In this document: piece after piece, positions 9,206-19,653 of the stretch
Layout of the letters: each line of letters starts with the position of its first letter
Numbering within the stretch: position 1 is the first letter of the stretch
From: a virus
Direction: 5' to 3' (one strand)
Virus genome (UHGV): UHGV-0312576
DNA length: 64,000 nucleotides
The notes under the pieces: generated by a model
Database searches by the model: none
The model's input: only the letters and a program-made list of their open reading frames with translations
What the model was told of the DNA's origin: nothing
Program-made: the position numbers and the translations under genes

Positions 9206-10223
9206 CTATAATCGAAATTTCAACTTTGGTAACAATAATATCATCAACAGACACAGATAATAAAAAAGAACAGTCAATTAACTGTTCATCGTCCACTTTC
9301 AATTGTATTCGCTGGCCATCTATCACTTGTTTAACAGTGTACTCACTATCAACTTTCCACTGAAAGTTCTGGTCTATAATTTCATTGCCATCCTGGTCAA
9401 TAAATATAACATTCCATGACTTAGCCCTTCCGCATCGTAGCGTATTACCGCCCGCGATCACAGCCGATAAATCTGTCGTTTCATCTGGAACTGGCGGTTC
9501 TGGCGATGGGGTAGGAGAGTGGTAGTCACAAATCCTCAGTTCCTGATTATCAGTAATCGGATTTAACTCAGTTTTATCTGCTATAAAACTTAGGATACCA
9601 CCATGCGAATCACCGTAGTCATATAAAATATCATCACTGCGGGTAACTTTATATACTTTTGTTGGGGTGGTTTTATGCTTATCAATAAAAACCCGCTTAC
9701 CATCTAATTCCAATACTAGTTCATCATCAGGAAGTAGTAATGCAAATGTATTAGATGATAATGTTATTGTACTATTCCCATTTTCACCCATATCATATTT
9801 TGATGCTGAAGTTCCATTGCACCATCGTTCAATGATGTCACCAGACGAATTTTGCCATCTAAGTTTATATTGGCATAAAACCATTGTGGCTTTTTCGTAG
9901 ATACCGTTAGTTCCTGGATAGCCTGTGATTAACCAATATCTATCTTCAAAATATATATACATTCCGGCTTTTACCGTGCCACAACTGAACAACCCAACTC
10001 GTTCCATAGACTTAAGCTGAGTATCAGCCGTGTTCCCTTGTATAACGCAACGTATTATACTGGAGCTTGAAAGGTCACTATTATAAAGTATTACATTGGA
10101 CGCAATATCTGTTTGAAGCATTTCATAAAAAGCATCATCTTTATAGTCGATGAATGATTCATTCTCGTACCCTCCTGTTATATTTGGCCTTGTATCAGGC
10201 ATTAAAAGATACCATTCCTGCAT
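9195..10223 (-). CDS. hypothetical structural protein (342 aa), possibly a tail/adaptor component
   Basis: ORF in the late operon, with a Pro/Glu/Thr-rich linker (TPSPEPPVPDETTD). Confidence 0.5.
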   Translation of the reverse strand: MQEWYLLMPDTRPNITGGYENESFIDYKDDAFYEMLQTDIASNVILYNSDLSSSSIIRCVIQGNTADTQLKSMERVGLFSCGTVKAGMYIYFEDRYWLITGYPGTNGIYEKATMVLCQYKLRWQNSSGDIIERWCNGTSASKYDMGENGNSTITLSSNTFALLLPDDELVLELDGKRVFIDKHKTTPTKVYKVTRSDDILYDYGDSHGGILSFIADKTELNPITDNQELRICDYHSPTPSPEPPVPDETTDLSAVIAGGNTLRCGRAKSWNVIFIDQDGNEIIDQNFQWKVDSEYTVKQVIDGQRIQLKVDDEQLIDCSFLLSVSVDDIIVTKVEISIIDGL

Positions 10224-10233
10224 TTGAAGCCTC

Positions 10234-10626
10234 CTATATTAGTGCAGTTGGTAATTGATTACCAACCATTTCTCGTGCCTTTTCTCCAACATATTCTAGG
10301 TGCGATTTTTCGGCAGTCTTGGCACCATTGCTTCCATCTATACTTATATCGTTTCCGACTATACTGATTCGCTTATTTGCCAAAGATACTTGTCTCTCTT
10401 GATAATATTCCTTCATAAAGACAGACAGAGTATCCATAATATAACTATCAAGTTCTGTGTCAAATTCTAATAGTTCTTTATCGAAATTCAATGGGTCAAG
10501 TTCAATAGAATATCTTCCTATCGCTTTTTCTAACCAAACCATCTCAAGAGATTCGGGAATTACGTGCTTATCAACAAAGCTTGATTCAAAAAATCTGATA
10601 ATATCAGAAGCCGTTGTGTTTCCCAT
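10234..10626 (-). CDS. hypothetical head-tail joining region protein (130 aa)
   Basis: Small ORF downstream of the major capsid gene. Confidence 0.45.
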   Translation of the reverse strand: MGNTTASDIIRFFESSFVDKHVIPESLEMVWLEKAIGRYSIELDPLNFDKELLEFDTELDSYIMDTLSVFMKEYYQERQVSLANKRISIVGNDISIDGSNGAKTAEKSHLEYVGEKAREMVGNQLPTALI

Positions 10627-10644
10627 CGAATCACCTCATTTCTA

Positions 10645-11139
10645 TCATGGCTTTATTCCTGTGTATTCAATGCAGAAGGCAATCTTGTTATAGTCATTAA
10701 TACCCATATCTTTAACTTCACTCATAAGAAAAGCCATTTCTGCTCTAGTGACAATACTTTTCTTAATATTATCTTCGAAAGCCTTTTGCGTTTTCAAATC
10801 AAAAATTCGCTTGATTTCTTCATTTGTCAGGACATTCTGCTTACTGTTTTCCTGGTCAAAACTTAATTCATTTCTAGTATAATTATCATCAATATACCAT
10901 GTTGCATGACTGCCTAATCCATCAAGTCCAGTTAGTAACTTATTTCCATTCTGTGCCTGCGCAATAATTTCCTCACGAGTTAATAGCACGGTCCCTTTGG
11001 GCGGAATACTAATATCACCTATTGTAGTTTTCCTTTGTGCTCCGGTAGCCCATGTAGCGATGCTTTTCACTGTCACTTTCTTATCTAATCGGATTTCTTC
11101 TTTTTCAGTTGTAACTCCAGCCAAAATACATACCTCCAT
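10645..11139 (-). CDS. hypothetical head-tail joining region protein (164 aa)
   Basis: Small ORF downstream of the major capsid gene. Confidence 0.45.
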   Translation of the reverse strand: MEVCILAGVTTEKEEIRLDKKVTVKSIATWATGAQRKTTIGDISIPPKGTVLLTREEIIAQAQNGNKLLTGLDGLGSHATWYIDDNYTRNELSFDQENSKQNVLTNEEIKRIFDLKTQKAFEDNIKKSIVTRAEMAFLMSEVKDMGINDYNKIAFCIEYTGIKP

Positions 11140-11360
11140 ATCAACTATTTTAAATATTTATCAATTAATCGAATGTTTTACTTGCTTATATAATGCAATT
11201 ACTTTATCTAATTTTTTTGATTTTTCGAACACATAATACCTACATTTTGTATTGCTGTTAACACCAATGTTTAAGTATTTGATATCAAAAGCAGCAATAA
11301 AGTGATACATTTTCTTTGAATAGCAATAAAAGTAATTACTCATTTTTCACCATGATTTAT

Positions 11361-11393
11361 AGTAGGAGAGTGCAAAAGCACCCTCCTATAAAA
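11361..11393 (-). terminator. strong GC-rich hairpin immediately 3' of the major capsid gene (terminator or RNA-stability element)
   Basis: TAGGAGAGTGC-AAAA-GCACCCTCCTA gives a 10/11-bp stem. It abuts the capsid-gene stop at 11394. Confidence 0.4.
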
Positions 11394-12488
11394 TTATATA
11401 GTAGTTAAATTTGTATCTCCGAGCAGTCCGATCATATACTCTCTATTGGGAGCTACTAAGGCACCTACTTCTAAATCGAACCTGGAGATAAGCTGACCAG
11501 TAGTGACCTCTTTACCACTCATGGAAGTAAGTCCACCACGAGTAACAGTGTAAATAGGAGACTGGCCGCCAGTAGGAATTACATAACCAATACCAGTAGG
11601 AAGCATTGTGGAAAAGTTAGTACCATCTGCGTTCAGATGATACAAATCATATTCATTGGGAATTTCAGATAAAACAGAGCCATTATACATACCCATAAGC
11701 CCAGTAGTATGAATCTCATTCATAACTGCTTCAGAAATGCCATTAACAGAAGGGGTGACACCAGTATATCCAGCAAAACCATTAAACTGAGAAATCAGTG
11801 CATAATCACCAGAAATAGTTGGCTTACCAAAACGCCTTACATTGCTGATTACCCCGTCAACACCAGTCTTGGTAAGACCAGCGCCTTCAAAGAAATACTT
11901 CACTCCATCTGCATTCTTAATGGCATTATAGATTGTTTCAATAACGTACTTTGCAGCCTTATTCCTAATCTGCACACGGACCTGATCCTGTAATTCATTT
12001 TCGTCAGACATATCACCAAGTGCTGCTTTTCTATAATCAACAGCATAACCGCCAGAAATAGTAGTAGTAGCGATTGGCTTTCTTTCCTTTCTGATTACAG
12101 GGAAAGTAACATCCTGCCCTAACGCCTGCATGTTGGCGTTGATATTGGCAAATACAGGAATCTCAATTTCGCAAGATTCGTTATATCCGATAGCTTTATA
12201 ATTTCCGTAAATACCCAGAAGCTTGATTTCTTTCATCAGAACAGGCTCCATAGCGAATCTACGAAGTTCATTCAATTCAGAAATGGCCGTGCTGTCACCA
12301 CTGGATGCCTTGGAATTCAGTTCCATAATATACTTCGCAGCAACATCTGCCTTTTTCCCATAAGGAGCTAACTCCTTACCATCCCTCATCGCAGAAAAAA
12401 TCTCAACAACTGCTGATTTGCCATTAATCTTGCCGCTCACAAAATCAGCATCTTTACGTGCATTATTAAGTTCAATAATATAAGACAT
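11394..12488 (-). CDS. major capsid protein (HK97-fold candidate)
   Basis: 364 aa, Gly/Thr/Ala-rich. Lies downstream of the scaffold gene and upstream of the connector genes in the canonical order. No decisive motif. Confidence 0.6.
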   Translation of the reverse strand: MSYIIELNNARKDADFVSGKINGKSAVVEIFSAMRDGKELAPYGKKADVAAKYIMELNSKASSGDSTAISELNELRRFAMEPVLMKEIKLLGIYGNYKAIGYNESCEIEIPVFANINANMQALGQDVTFPVIRKERKPIATTTISGGYAVDYRKAALGDMSDENELQDQVRVQIRNKAAKYVIETIYNAIKNADGVKYFFEGAGLTKTGVDGVISNVRRFGKPTISGDYALISQFNGFAGYTGVTPSVNGISEAVMNEIHTTGLMGMYNGSVLSEIPNEYDLYHLNADGTNFSTMLPTGIGYVIPTGGQSPIYTVTRGGLTSMSGKEVTTGQLISRFDLEVGALVAPNREYMIGLLGDTNLTTI

Positions 12489-12507
12489 ACTCTTTATCCT
12501 CCTTCAA

Positions 12508-12936
12508 TTAAGCGTTGGTTGTGGTGTATTCAACAAGAGCACCAACCTTTTTACCACAAGCAACAATGACATCGTTTATTTCGAAATAAGTACCAGTAGC
12601 GTCCGCCTTCACCTCAAGAGTTCCGTCTGCTTTTGAAACGAGCTTATCGCCCTTTGCATATGTAGAAGGTAATGGATATCCATAGATTTCAAATTTCTTA
12701 ATCTTAGTTAAATCACCTACCCTAACATGGGAACCCTTGGAAATTACATACTCAGGCATGTCTGCATCATCACCAACTTCAATATTCATAATTGCTTTAG
12801 TTGCAGTTGCCGCAGGTGTAAATTTTTCTGCATCAACGCTGCCGAATGTACCATTATTCATCGCTGTATCAATAACTGCATCCTCAAACGGATATTCACC
12901 GTGCTCAATCTGGCCAATACTGTTAAATTTAATCAT
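12508..12936 (-). CDS. hypothetical head protein (142 aa), possibly a decoration or scaffold-associated protein
   Basis: Small ORF between the scaffold and major capsid genes. Confidence 0.45.
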   Translation of the reverse strand: MIKFNSIGQIEHGEYPFEDAVIDTAMNNGTFGSVDAEKFTPAATATKAIMNIEVGDDADMPEYVISKGSHVRVGDLTKIKKFEIYGYPLPSTYAKGDKLVSKADGTLEVKADATGTYFEINDVIVACGKKVGALVEYTTTNA

Positions 12937-12955
12937 TCCAATAATCCTCCCTTAA

Positions 12956-14140
12956 TTAAAAAATGTTGATGTCTTCATCTGATACAGAATCTTCTATACT
13001 CATTTCCGAAAAGATATCTTCAACATCAACTTTGTTATTCTTGTTACTATTCTGTTCTGCAATTCTAAGCTCTTCTGCCTTTGAAGCCTGTCCGATTCCG
13101 GCGTAGATTTTAGATAAAATATTTTCTACATTTCCTTCAATCGGGTTTTCATTAAAGGAATTAATTTCAACCTCGGCATATTTGCGTTCATCATCGGTAA
13201 AACCGGAAATAGCAGTGTTTAGTTCTCCTAGTCTAGCTTTAGCCTTTAGTTCACCCAATTCCTTTTCAAGCGCCTCACGTTCTGCCCAATAAGATTCACA
13301 CTCTTTCTTTAAATCATCCAATGCTTTCTGTACCTGTTCAACAGTTGCATTTAACTCAACTATTTTTGCATCCTTATCAGTAATTAAAGACTCCTTTTCT
13401 GAAAGCTGCTCATTGAGTTCTGAAATCTGGGTTGTAAATTCCTTTTCTTTGCTATTAAGCTCTGAAATAGTAGTCTGAATTGCAGACTTGACTTCATTCA
13501 TATCAAATTCCATATTTGATTTTTCCTCCTTATTTCCTTTTGAATTATTTAGTTCTAATAGTGTAGAAGATGGGTCTGCCGGATTAATAACCATATCCCA
13601 GCCAGAATGGATGTATTCTGTTGGAATCCTACCTTTCTCTATCCATCCCTTTTTATAGATGATTTCCTTATTGTTTTTTGTCCTGAAAATTTCAATACTT
13701 CCATCTATAGAACCGCCATTTTGTAATTGTTCATGTAAAGAACTTACAAACGCAGGGTAGCACATCTCATCAAGAGTTCCTTTAGCGCAAACACAGCGCT
13801 TGACCTCTCCATTTATTACAACATCATCTATATATCCTTCCGTGCAATGTCCAACAACAGTGGCATTTTCAAATACTGGTAATCCATCAGATATACCAGT
13901 GTCCCCATGTCCGGATATCATTGTTCTGTCCTCATCAATAAACTCAACACGAACGCTCATATCTTTGATACTGTCAAGCGTATTAGCGGCATATTCCTCA
14001 AGAAATGTAATTCCATTCTTGTTATATTTAGTTCCGACATCATCTACTACACAATCAGGAGGTTGTAACTCGTATAATGTAGCTACAAACGGCCTTCGAC
14101 CATTTTTATATTGTTCAGACGATAATTCAAAAACAGCCAT
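12956..14140 (-). CDS. scaffolding protein with a ~200-aa N-terminal domain, possibly a prohead protease-scaffold fusion
   Basis: C-terminal half is a long coiled coil (ELNSKEKEFTTQISELNEQLSEKESL...). Start trimmed to MAVFEL, which has a GGAAGGAGG RBS. Confidence 0.5.
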   Translation of the reverse strand: MAVFELSSEQYKNGRRPFVATLYELQPPDCVVDDVGTKYNKNGITFLEEYAANTLDSIKDMSVRVEFIDEDRTMISGHGDTGISDGLPVFENATVVGHCTEGYIDDVVINGEVKRCVCAKGTLDEMCYPAFVSSLHEQLQNGGSIDGSIEIFRTKNNKEIIYKKGWIEKGRIPTEYIHSGWDMVINPADPSSTLLELNNSKGNKEEKSNMEFDMNEVKSAIQTTISELNSKEKEFTTQISELNEQLSEKESLITDKDAKIVELNATVEQVQKALDDLKKECESYWAEREALEKELGELKAKARLGELNTAISGFTDDERKYAEVEINSFNENPIEGNVENILSKIYAGIGQASKAEELRIAEQNSNKNNKVDVEDIFSEMSIEDSVSDEDINIF

Positions 14141-14201
14141 TTCGACCTCCTTCCTATAATAAAAAAGAACCAATTAAATTTTGGCTCCCTAATATATATC
14201 A

Positions 14202-15869
14202 TTATTTTGTTGATGGTTTTGGCTGCGCATTGCTGCCATTTGCTTTTGTTTGAAGCGTTGATGGGTTGCTGGAGTCCGGATTTTCTGGACGCCCGCCATC
14301 CTTATCATCTTTAGATAAAGTATGACTTGTTAGATGTGGTTTATATTTATCAAATATCTTATTTTCAACCTCTTCGTCAAGTATGTTAAAATAAACATCT
14401 GGATTCACTCCAGTTGCAGCAATAAGGAATGTATATGAGCCGCCAGCTTCCAAATAGAGATTTTTCATCATATCAAAGAACTTCTGCCTATTTACTAATG
14501 ATGTTGGTAAATAGTATACTTCTACCTTATTACGCTTATCCTGAATAATATTTTCATTTATTACATAATTCAATTCATTCTGAAGTTCTTGTATCCATGT
14601 GTATATTTGTGCATTAATAAGCTCCAGATTGTTTTCTTGCGATGAATAGTTGCCTGATCCTGAACCATTAAGGAGAGAACTAGCCATACCCAAATCCAAA
14701 GCAATTTTGTCTGTTAGATTAGCTTCGTTTTTTTCGTCAAAGATATCAGTTGTACCCACATCGAGTGCATCAATTTTTGTGCCAGCTGATACTGTAAAGA
14801 AAGAAGTACCACCACGGTTATTTTTATTTAAAACTGCGCTTTTTACTTTATCATGCTGATCCTGCTGTTGAGTTTTAGTAAGAGCACAACTTCCTTTATC
14901 TTTACCTTCAGGCAATGTTTGATAGATTATTTTGTTATTAAGTTCTCTTAGTACATTCCTTTTTGTATCGACAAATTCATCCTGATACAATATGTCGGCG
15001 ATAGCCGCTATTGCAAGTGGGCGCCCCCAAGGTTCACTTGTCTTGCATTTTATCTTATGTGCGATAGTATGTTTGTTGTCTAACACAATCCAATTGCTGG
15101 ATGATTTATTGCCTTTCTCCCAGGAAGTGTAAGCGTTTCTGATTTCAGTAGGATACTTTTTGAGTTTTCTTTTTTTATCTTCATGAGTAGTACATTGCTC
15201 ATCAAAATATCGTAAATTGAAAGCTAAGACATATCTGCTGTTTTTCCTTCCTACGATTTTACAATAATCATATGGCAGCGGAACCAGTGATGCGTTTAGT
15301 CCTAAATCGCATATCTCTACAATGTTTTCTACATCGTAATCAGTCATGGCCCGTGTAAAATCATTTACTGAATTTGTTGTTTCAAAGTAATAAAAGCAAA
15401 TTCCTTCATTCATATCAGTAAATAAAGCATCTCTGATAAACTGCTTATCATTAATTCGTTCAAGTGTTGATAACATCAAATCCTTATTCTTATTTAATCT
15501 TGATTTACCAAATAGACGTTTTTTCCCATATACAACCCGATCTAAACACGGCATGGATACCATATAGTCAATCGCATTTGTAACAACACCTTCACTGTTA
15601 TATACAAACATTGCCAACTTTCGTGTTATGGCATGATTTGTTATTGGGTCCTTTACGATACTTCTGATTTCTTCTGGAGTAAATGTAGAGTAGATATTGC
15701 AACCGAAAAAAGAATCTAAATCATTAATTGGAACAGTACCAAAATAACTATTGAATTCATAATCTTTACTGGGAATACTGGAAGAATTGTTTTCAGATAT
15801 GTTACTCGAATTTGTATCAGTTTTATTCTTGGGAGGGCGACCCCTCTTGCGTTTTATTTCCTCTGGCAT
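14202..15869 (-). CDS. portal protein (called from position)
   Basis: 555 aa, immediately downstream of the large terminase. N-terminal KRKRGRPPK basic/AT-hook-like tail. Confidence 0.5.
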   Translation of the reverse strand: MPEEIKRKRGRPPKNKTDTNSSNISENNSSSIPSKDYEFNSYFGTVPINDLDSFFGCNIYSTFTPEEIRSIVKDPITNHAITRKLAMFVYNSEGVVTNAIDYMVSMPCLDRVVYGKKRLFGKSRLNKNKDLMLSTLERINDKQFIRDALFTDMNEGICFYYFETTNSVNDFTRAMTDYDVENIVEICDLGLNASLVPLPYDYCKIVGRKNSRYVLAFNLRYFDEQCTTHEDKKRKLKKYPTEIRNAYTSWEKGNKSSSNWIVLDNKHTIAHKIKCKTSEPWGRPLAIAAIADILYQDEFVDTKRNVLRELNNKIIYQTLPEGKDKGSCALTKTQQQDQHDKVKSAVLNKNNRGGTSFFTVSAGTKIDALDVGTTDIFDEKNEANLTDKIALDLGMASSLLNGSGSGNYSSQENNLELINAQIYTWIQELQNELNYVINENIIQDKRNKVEVYYLPTSLVNRQKFFDMMKNLYLEAGGSYTFLIAATGVNPDVYFNILDEEVENKIFDKYKPHLTSHTLSKDDKDGGRPENPDSSNPSTLQTKANGSNAQPKPSTK

Positions 15870-15884
15870 GTGTCGCCTCCTTTG

Positions 15885-17693
15885 TTAGTTTATTAAAGTT
15901 GTGTAATCATAATCATTAGAAGAACCAAGTAAATCCAATTCTAACTGATCAATAAAATACGAACCATAAGAAAAACTGGTATATCTATCTTTACGGTTAC
16001 TGCCTTGTTCAAAAATTTTAATAATATTAGTTTGGGGAAGCTTTTCATATTGTAAGTCAGCGCATTCGCTAATCATCGCTTGTGTTTCTAAGAATGGTTT
16101 TTCCAATTCTATCTGAGTGTTCTCATCAAAGGCTTCTATATAATCTCTGTTATTATTTAAAATATCTTCTTTTGCAACATTATAATTGATTAAAAAGTCG
16201 ATGCGATTCTCAACAAGAGCTTTTCTGAAATTAATTGCAATGTCGCTATTAAGTGTTTGCGTTGCATTGATTAGATATATACAAGCTTTGGCATTAGGAT
16301 CCTGGCAAGCATTAGCGTATTTATCATCATTCATACATTTTAGTGGAGGGTATTCAACACCACGCTCTTCGTCGTATAATACCTTTTGCAAAGAAAATAC
16401 TATTTGCCCTCCGCCATTTCTAGCATCAACTACAATATAATCACCATCAAAATCCTCATAAAGCTGTCGAATTCTAATTGCCTGCTTTGTCGTATCACCA
16501 ATTTGATTTGATTCAATATATGGGTATAGTCTGCGATAACCTTTCTTTATTTCTATAACATTATTATCATTTTCGTAAGTGATGGATTCTGGAATGGCAC
16601 GGATACAACTATAAACAGAGTTATCATTTTGACTTCCAGGAACAAAAGCTATATCATTTGATATTACTCTAATTTCATTATCTTGTTTGGTAATAAAGTA
16701 CTTATTTTTTTTATTACTCTTAAAATCAATGGCTGTTCTTGGATAAAATACCTGTTTTAATCTTTGACAATTCATTAACATTGAATATGTGAAATATGAG
16801 GATATAGAATCTTTTACTCTCAAATTTAAAAACTCAATTTTCCATGTCGTAGGATCTTGTTTTTTCTTTTCTCTTATCATGTACTTCATGGTTTTTAAAT
16901 TGTGTTTTAAGGTTATACTTTCATCAAATGCTAAGAATATAGAACCATCTCTTTTTATCATTCCATTAAAAGCCTGATCTACAATTTTCCACATCCAATG
17001 TCCATTATCTAACCAACTTGAACTTATATATATATCTATAGGCTCTTCTTGCAAAACTTTATTTTCGGTATAATAACTATTGAGCATATATTGTGGGTTG
17101 CGTGGCGTTTGGAATGGTGAAATAATAGAGCCATCAACCTTTTCTTTGATTTGTCTAAATTCTTCCCTAGCAGTTGCATTACTTCTAAGTCCGCGGGCGT
17201 TCTCGTTAGCTACAAAAACACTTATTTTAGAACCGTTTTTAAACTTCACATATATGTCGTTGTCACTTGTACTCCAGGTTAATATCTCATTCCTTAGCGG
17301 CTTACTCCATTCACATAACTCATCAATTATCTTTTCTGAAACAATTAATTTTGCTTGCTTTTTTGTGGAACTACCTATTCTAAACTTAGTTCCTGGGTAT
17401 AAAATACATCTGCAACAAGCATATAATGCTACAATAAAAGATTTCGCATCATTTCGACTTGCAACTATACAGATAAAATTTGAAATACCCATTAAATATA
17501 TTGATATTAATTGATACTCATGGAGTTTCAACCTCAAATAATCTAGTACAAATCGATGCATATTTTTACGCCAAAATGTACACCAAGCAATTACATATAA
17601 AACATTCTGTTGATTGCTAAGAAAATGAGTTGAAGGAAATTTTTTGTATAGACTTAATTGGTTTTTATCTGCTGAATCTGAAATCCTATTCAT
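15885..17693 (-). CDS. terL: terminase large subunit
   Basis: 602 aa. Deviant Walker A 'VASRNDAKSF', Walker B 'FLAFDES', and a C-terminal nuclease-like region. Follows a small-terminase-like ORF. Confidence 0.7.
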   Translation of the reverse strand: MNRISDSADKNQLSLYKKFPSTHFLSNQQNVLYVIAWCTFWRKNMHRFVLDYLRLKLHEYQLISIYLMGISNFICIVASRNDAKSFIVALYACCRCILYPGTKFRIGSSTKKQAKLIVSEKIIDELCEWSKPLRNEILTWSTSDNDIYVKFKNGSKISVFVANENARGLRSNATAREEFRQIKEKVDGSIISPFQTPRNPQYMLNSYYTENKVLQEEPIDIYISSSWLDNGHWMWKIVDQAFNGMIKRDGSIFLAFDESITLKHNLKTMKYMIREKKKQDPTTWKIEFLNLRVKDSISSYFTYSMLMNCQRLKQVFYPRTAIDFKSNKKNKYFITKQDNEIRVISNDIAFVPGSQNDNSVYSCIRAIPESITYENDNNVIEIKKGYRRLYPYIESNQIGDTTKQAIRIRQLYEDFDGDYIVVDARNGGGQIVFSLQKVLYDEERGVEYPPLKCMNDDKYANACQDPNAKACIYLINATQTLNSDIAINFRKALVENRIDFLINYNVAKEDILNNNRDYIEAFDENTQIELEKPFLETQAMISECADLQYEKLPQTNIIKIFEQGSNRKDRYTSFSYGSYFIDQLELDLLGSSNDYDYTTLIN

Positions 17694-18711
17694 CTAAGTC
17701 ACCCAACTCATCATCTATATCTTCATTTTCAATATCAGGAACATAATATTCCTTGTCTCTGGTTGTGCTTCCGGTAATGATATTTTCAATTGGTCTTGTA
17801 ATATGACGATCAATATAATCACCCAACTTGTCCCAATCATCATATAGTTTTTTGTCCATATAGAATTCTTCAGGTGTGAACTGTGAGATGATTCCTAATG
17901 TAACACCAATAGCTTCATCATTACTAGAATCCTTTTCTTCTACAGTTTTTAAACCAGCGTTAGTAAAGGTCTTAGAGTATTGTCCAACCAAACTACTATA
18001 TTCTTTAGAGTCACCAGCTTGCAATGCACGTATCATTAGCATATTTAGACTACAAAGAGATTTAATAAAAATTTCTTGGTTATTGTCAGCGTTAGGATTA
18101 TTCTTTTTAAGCATTCTGTAATGCTCGTCCAAATTTTTATAATCTAATTCAGTAAATCCCACACCCCATCTGTCAACGGCAGAGGCAGTAATTGATAGCT
18201 CTTTGACCTTTACATCATCTTTTGATTGGACAGTTTCGTGTTGCCTGTTTTCATAATCATATTTCATGGAATCAAAATATGTTTTTCTTCCACCAACATT
18301 AAGATTCTTCTTTGCAGCATAATTAGAAATTCTTGATCTATCAGATGATATTTCCCTCGCGCATTTTAATGGCTCAATATCGTAAACCCAGTCCACTTGT
18401 TGACAAAAATGTTCTATAGCGTGTTCTTCATTGTTAGAATAGAAAGCAGTAAGTAATATCATATATTTATCAGTACATTCTTTGCACCATGGAAGAAATC
18501 CGTCATTCGCTTGAAACAATGGACTATTTGACTTCTGAAAATTAGTCTTCTGTTGAGAGTTGAACCCCTTTCCACAACAGTAACATTTATATTTATGCTT
18601 TGTTGGGTCAAACTGCTCAGCTGACCGTGGAATCTTAAATTTTACTGAAGGGTCTATTATTTTGGGTGAGTTCATGGACTCACGTATTAATTCTTCTTTT
18701 GTTTGAGCCAA
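17686..18711 (-). CDS. putative small terminase subunit / DNA-binding protein with a CxxC..CxxC zinc motif (called from position)
   Basis: 341 aa, TTG start. Contains 'CYCCGKG...CKEC'. Immediately upstream of terL. Confidence 0.3.
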   Translation of the reverse strand: MAQTKEELIRESMNSPKIIDPSVKFKIPRSAEQFDPTKHKYKCYCCGKGFNSQQKTNFQKSNSPLFQANDGFLPWCKECTDKYMILLTAFYSNNEEHAIEHFCQQVDWVYDIEPLKCAREISSDRSRISNYAAKKNLNVGGRKTYFDSMKYDYENRQHETVQSKDDVKVKELSITASAVDRWGVGFTELDYKNLDEHYRMLKKNNPNADNNQEIFIKSLCSLNMLMIRALQAGDSKEYSSLVGQYSKTFTNAGLKTVEEKDSSNDEAIGVTLGIISQFTPEEFYMDKKLYDDWDKLGDYIDRHITRPIENIITGSTTRDKEYYVPDIENEDIDDELGDLDE

Positions 18712-18776
18712 ATGCTCACCACCTTTCTGATTTATATTAACAAGACACTCGCTATTGGAGCAGCAGTATCATAAAC

Positions 18777-18849
18777 ACGCCCCGCAGGATTCGAACCTGC
18801 ATAAACTCGATTAAAAGTCTAGTGCCATACCATTAGGCGACAGACCCAT
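18777..18849 (-). tRNA. tRNA-like element with Lys (UUU) anticodon and intact D and T arms, but a non-pairing acceptor stem (pseudo-tRNA or att-associated)
   Basis: Minus strand reads GGGTCTG TC GCC..GGC A CTAGA CTTTTAA TCGAG TTTAT GCAGG TTCGAAT CCTGC GGGGCGT G. U8, A14, GG and the TΨC loop are present. Acceptor stem is at best 3 Watson-Crick pairs plus 3 G-U wobbles, with 2 clear mismatches, and the anticodon stem has one mismatch. Confidence 0.4.
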
Positions 18850-19038
18850 GAAAAATAGGAGAGTAGTAGCCCTCCATAATTACTGGTTCGCACTAACGTA
18901 GCGAGGCACGAACATCCCCACACTTACAATGGCAGTGGTCAGCCTACAATCCGGGATGTCGGTGGGATTGAATTTTCTTAAATGTCTATGAATATTTGTT
19001 ATTCTGTGTTATATTTATGAAAAGACATGGAGGATGAT

Positions 19039-19653
19039 ATGGAAGGAATCTATGAGATTATTAAAGTAATCATTCCTGTAATAATCACAGGATTTGTAAC
19101 TTATTGGGTAACTAAATATAACAGATGTCCCACTGATAAAATAGAAATAGCGTATAATAGAATTTACTACCCTTTATTACAAGTGATAAAAAACTCTGAA
19201 GGGAAAAATTATGAACTAATTCTTGAGGAAACTAAAAAACGACTGCAAAAATATAATAAATATGCCAGCAGAACAACAATAGCAGCATGTAAACTGTTAG
19301 AAGATAATATTGACAGCAAAAATGCAAAAAATTGGTTACGGTTGTTAGAAGATGATATCTACAAATATAACAGTAAGTTTAGAAGAATGTTAGGATATCC
19401 CGAACCAATGTTTATTTTTATGTATAAGTATTTGTCTAACTATAATAAGGCACTGTTTACTTTTTACGTATCGATTAGTATATGTGTTTTAGCAATATAT
19501 GCATACGGAATATTAGAAGCATTTCCTGCCTTTACGAAGGTACTATTATATATCATTATTATAGGATTCATTATATTGTGTATAAGTGTTTATATGATAG
19601 CATATTACAATATTAAATATACATTACAAAAGTTAATAAAACCTAAAAAGTAA
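19039..19653 (+). CDS. membrane protein (multi-TM), a moron-like gene beside the integrase
   Basis: Lies on the strand opposite its neighbours. GGAGG RBS before the MEGIYE start. Hydrophobic N- and C-terminal helices. Confidence 0.5.
   Translation: MEGIYEIIKVIIPVIITGFVTYWVTKYNRCPTDKIEIAYNRIYYPLLQVIKNSEGKNYELILEETKKRLQKYNKYASRTTIAACKLLEDNIDSKNAKNWLRLLEDDIYKYNSKFRRMLGYPEPMFIFMYKYLSNYNKALFTFYVSISICVLAIYAYGILEAFPAFTKVLLYIIIIGFIILCISVYMIAYYNIKYTLQKLIKPKK

Noticed and set aside
18850-18990. A possible second tRNA beside the Lys-like element, suggested by TTCAATC- and GGTTCG-like words
   Set aside because: No cloverleaf can be drawn on either strand. I kept only the stem-loop noted in the findings.
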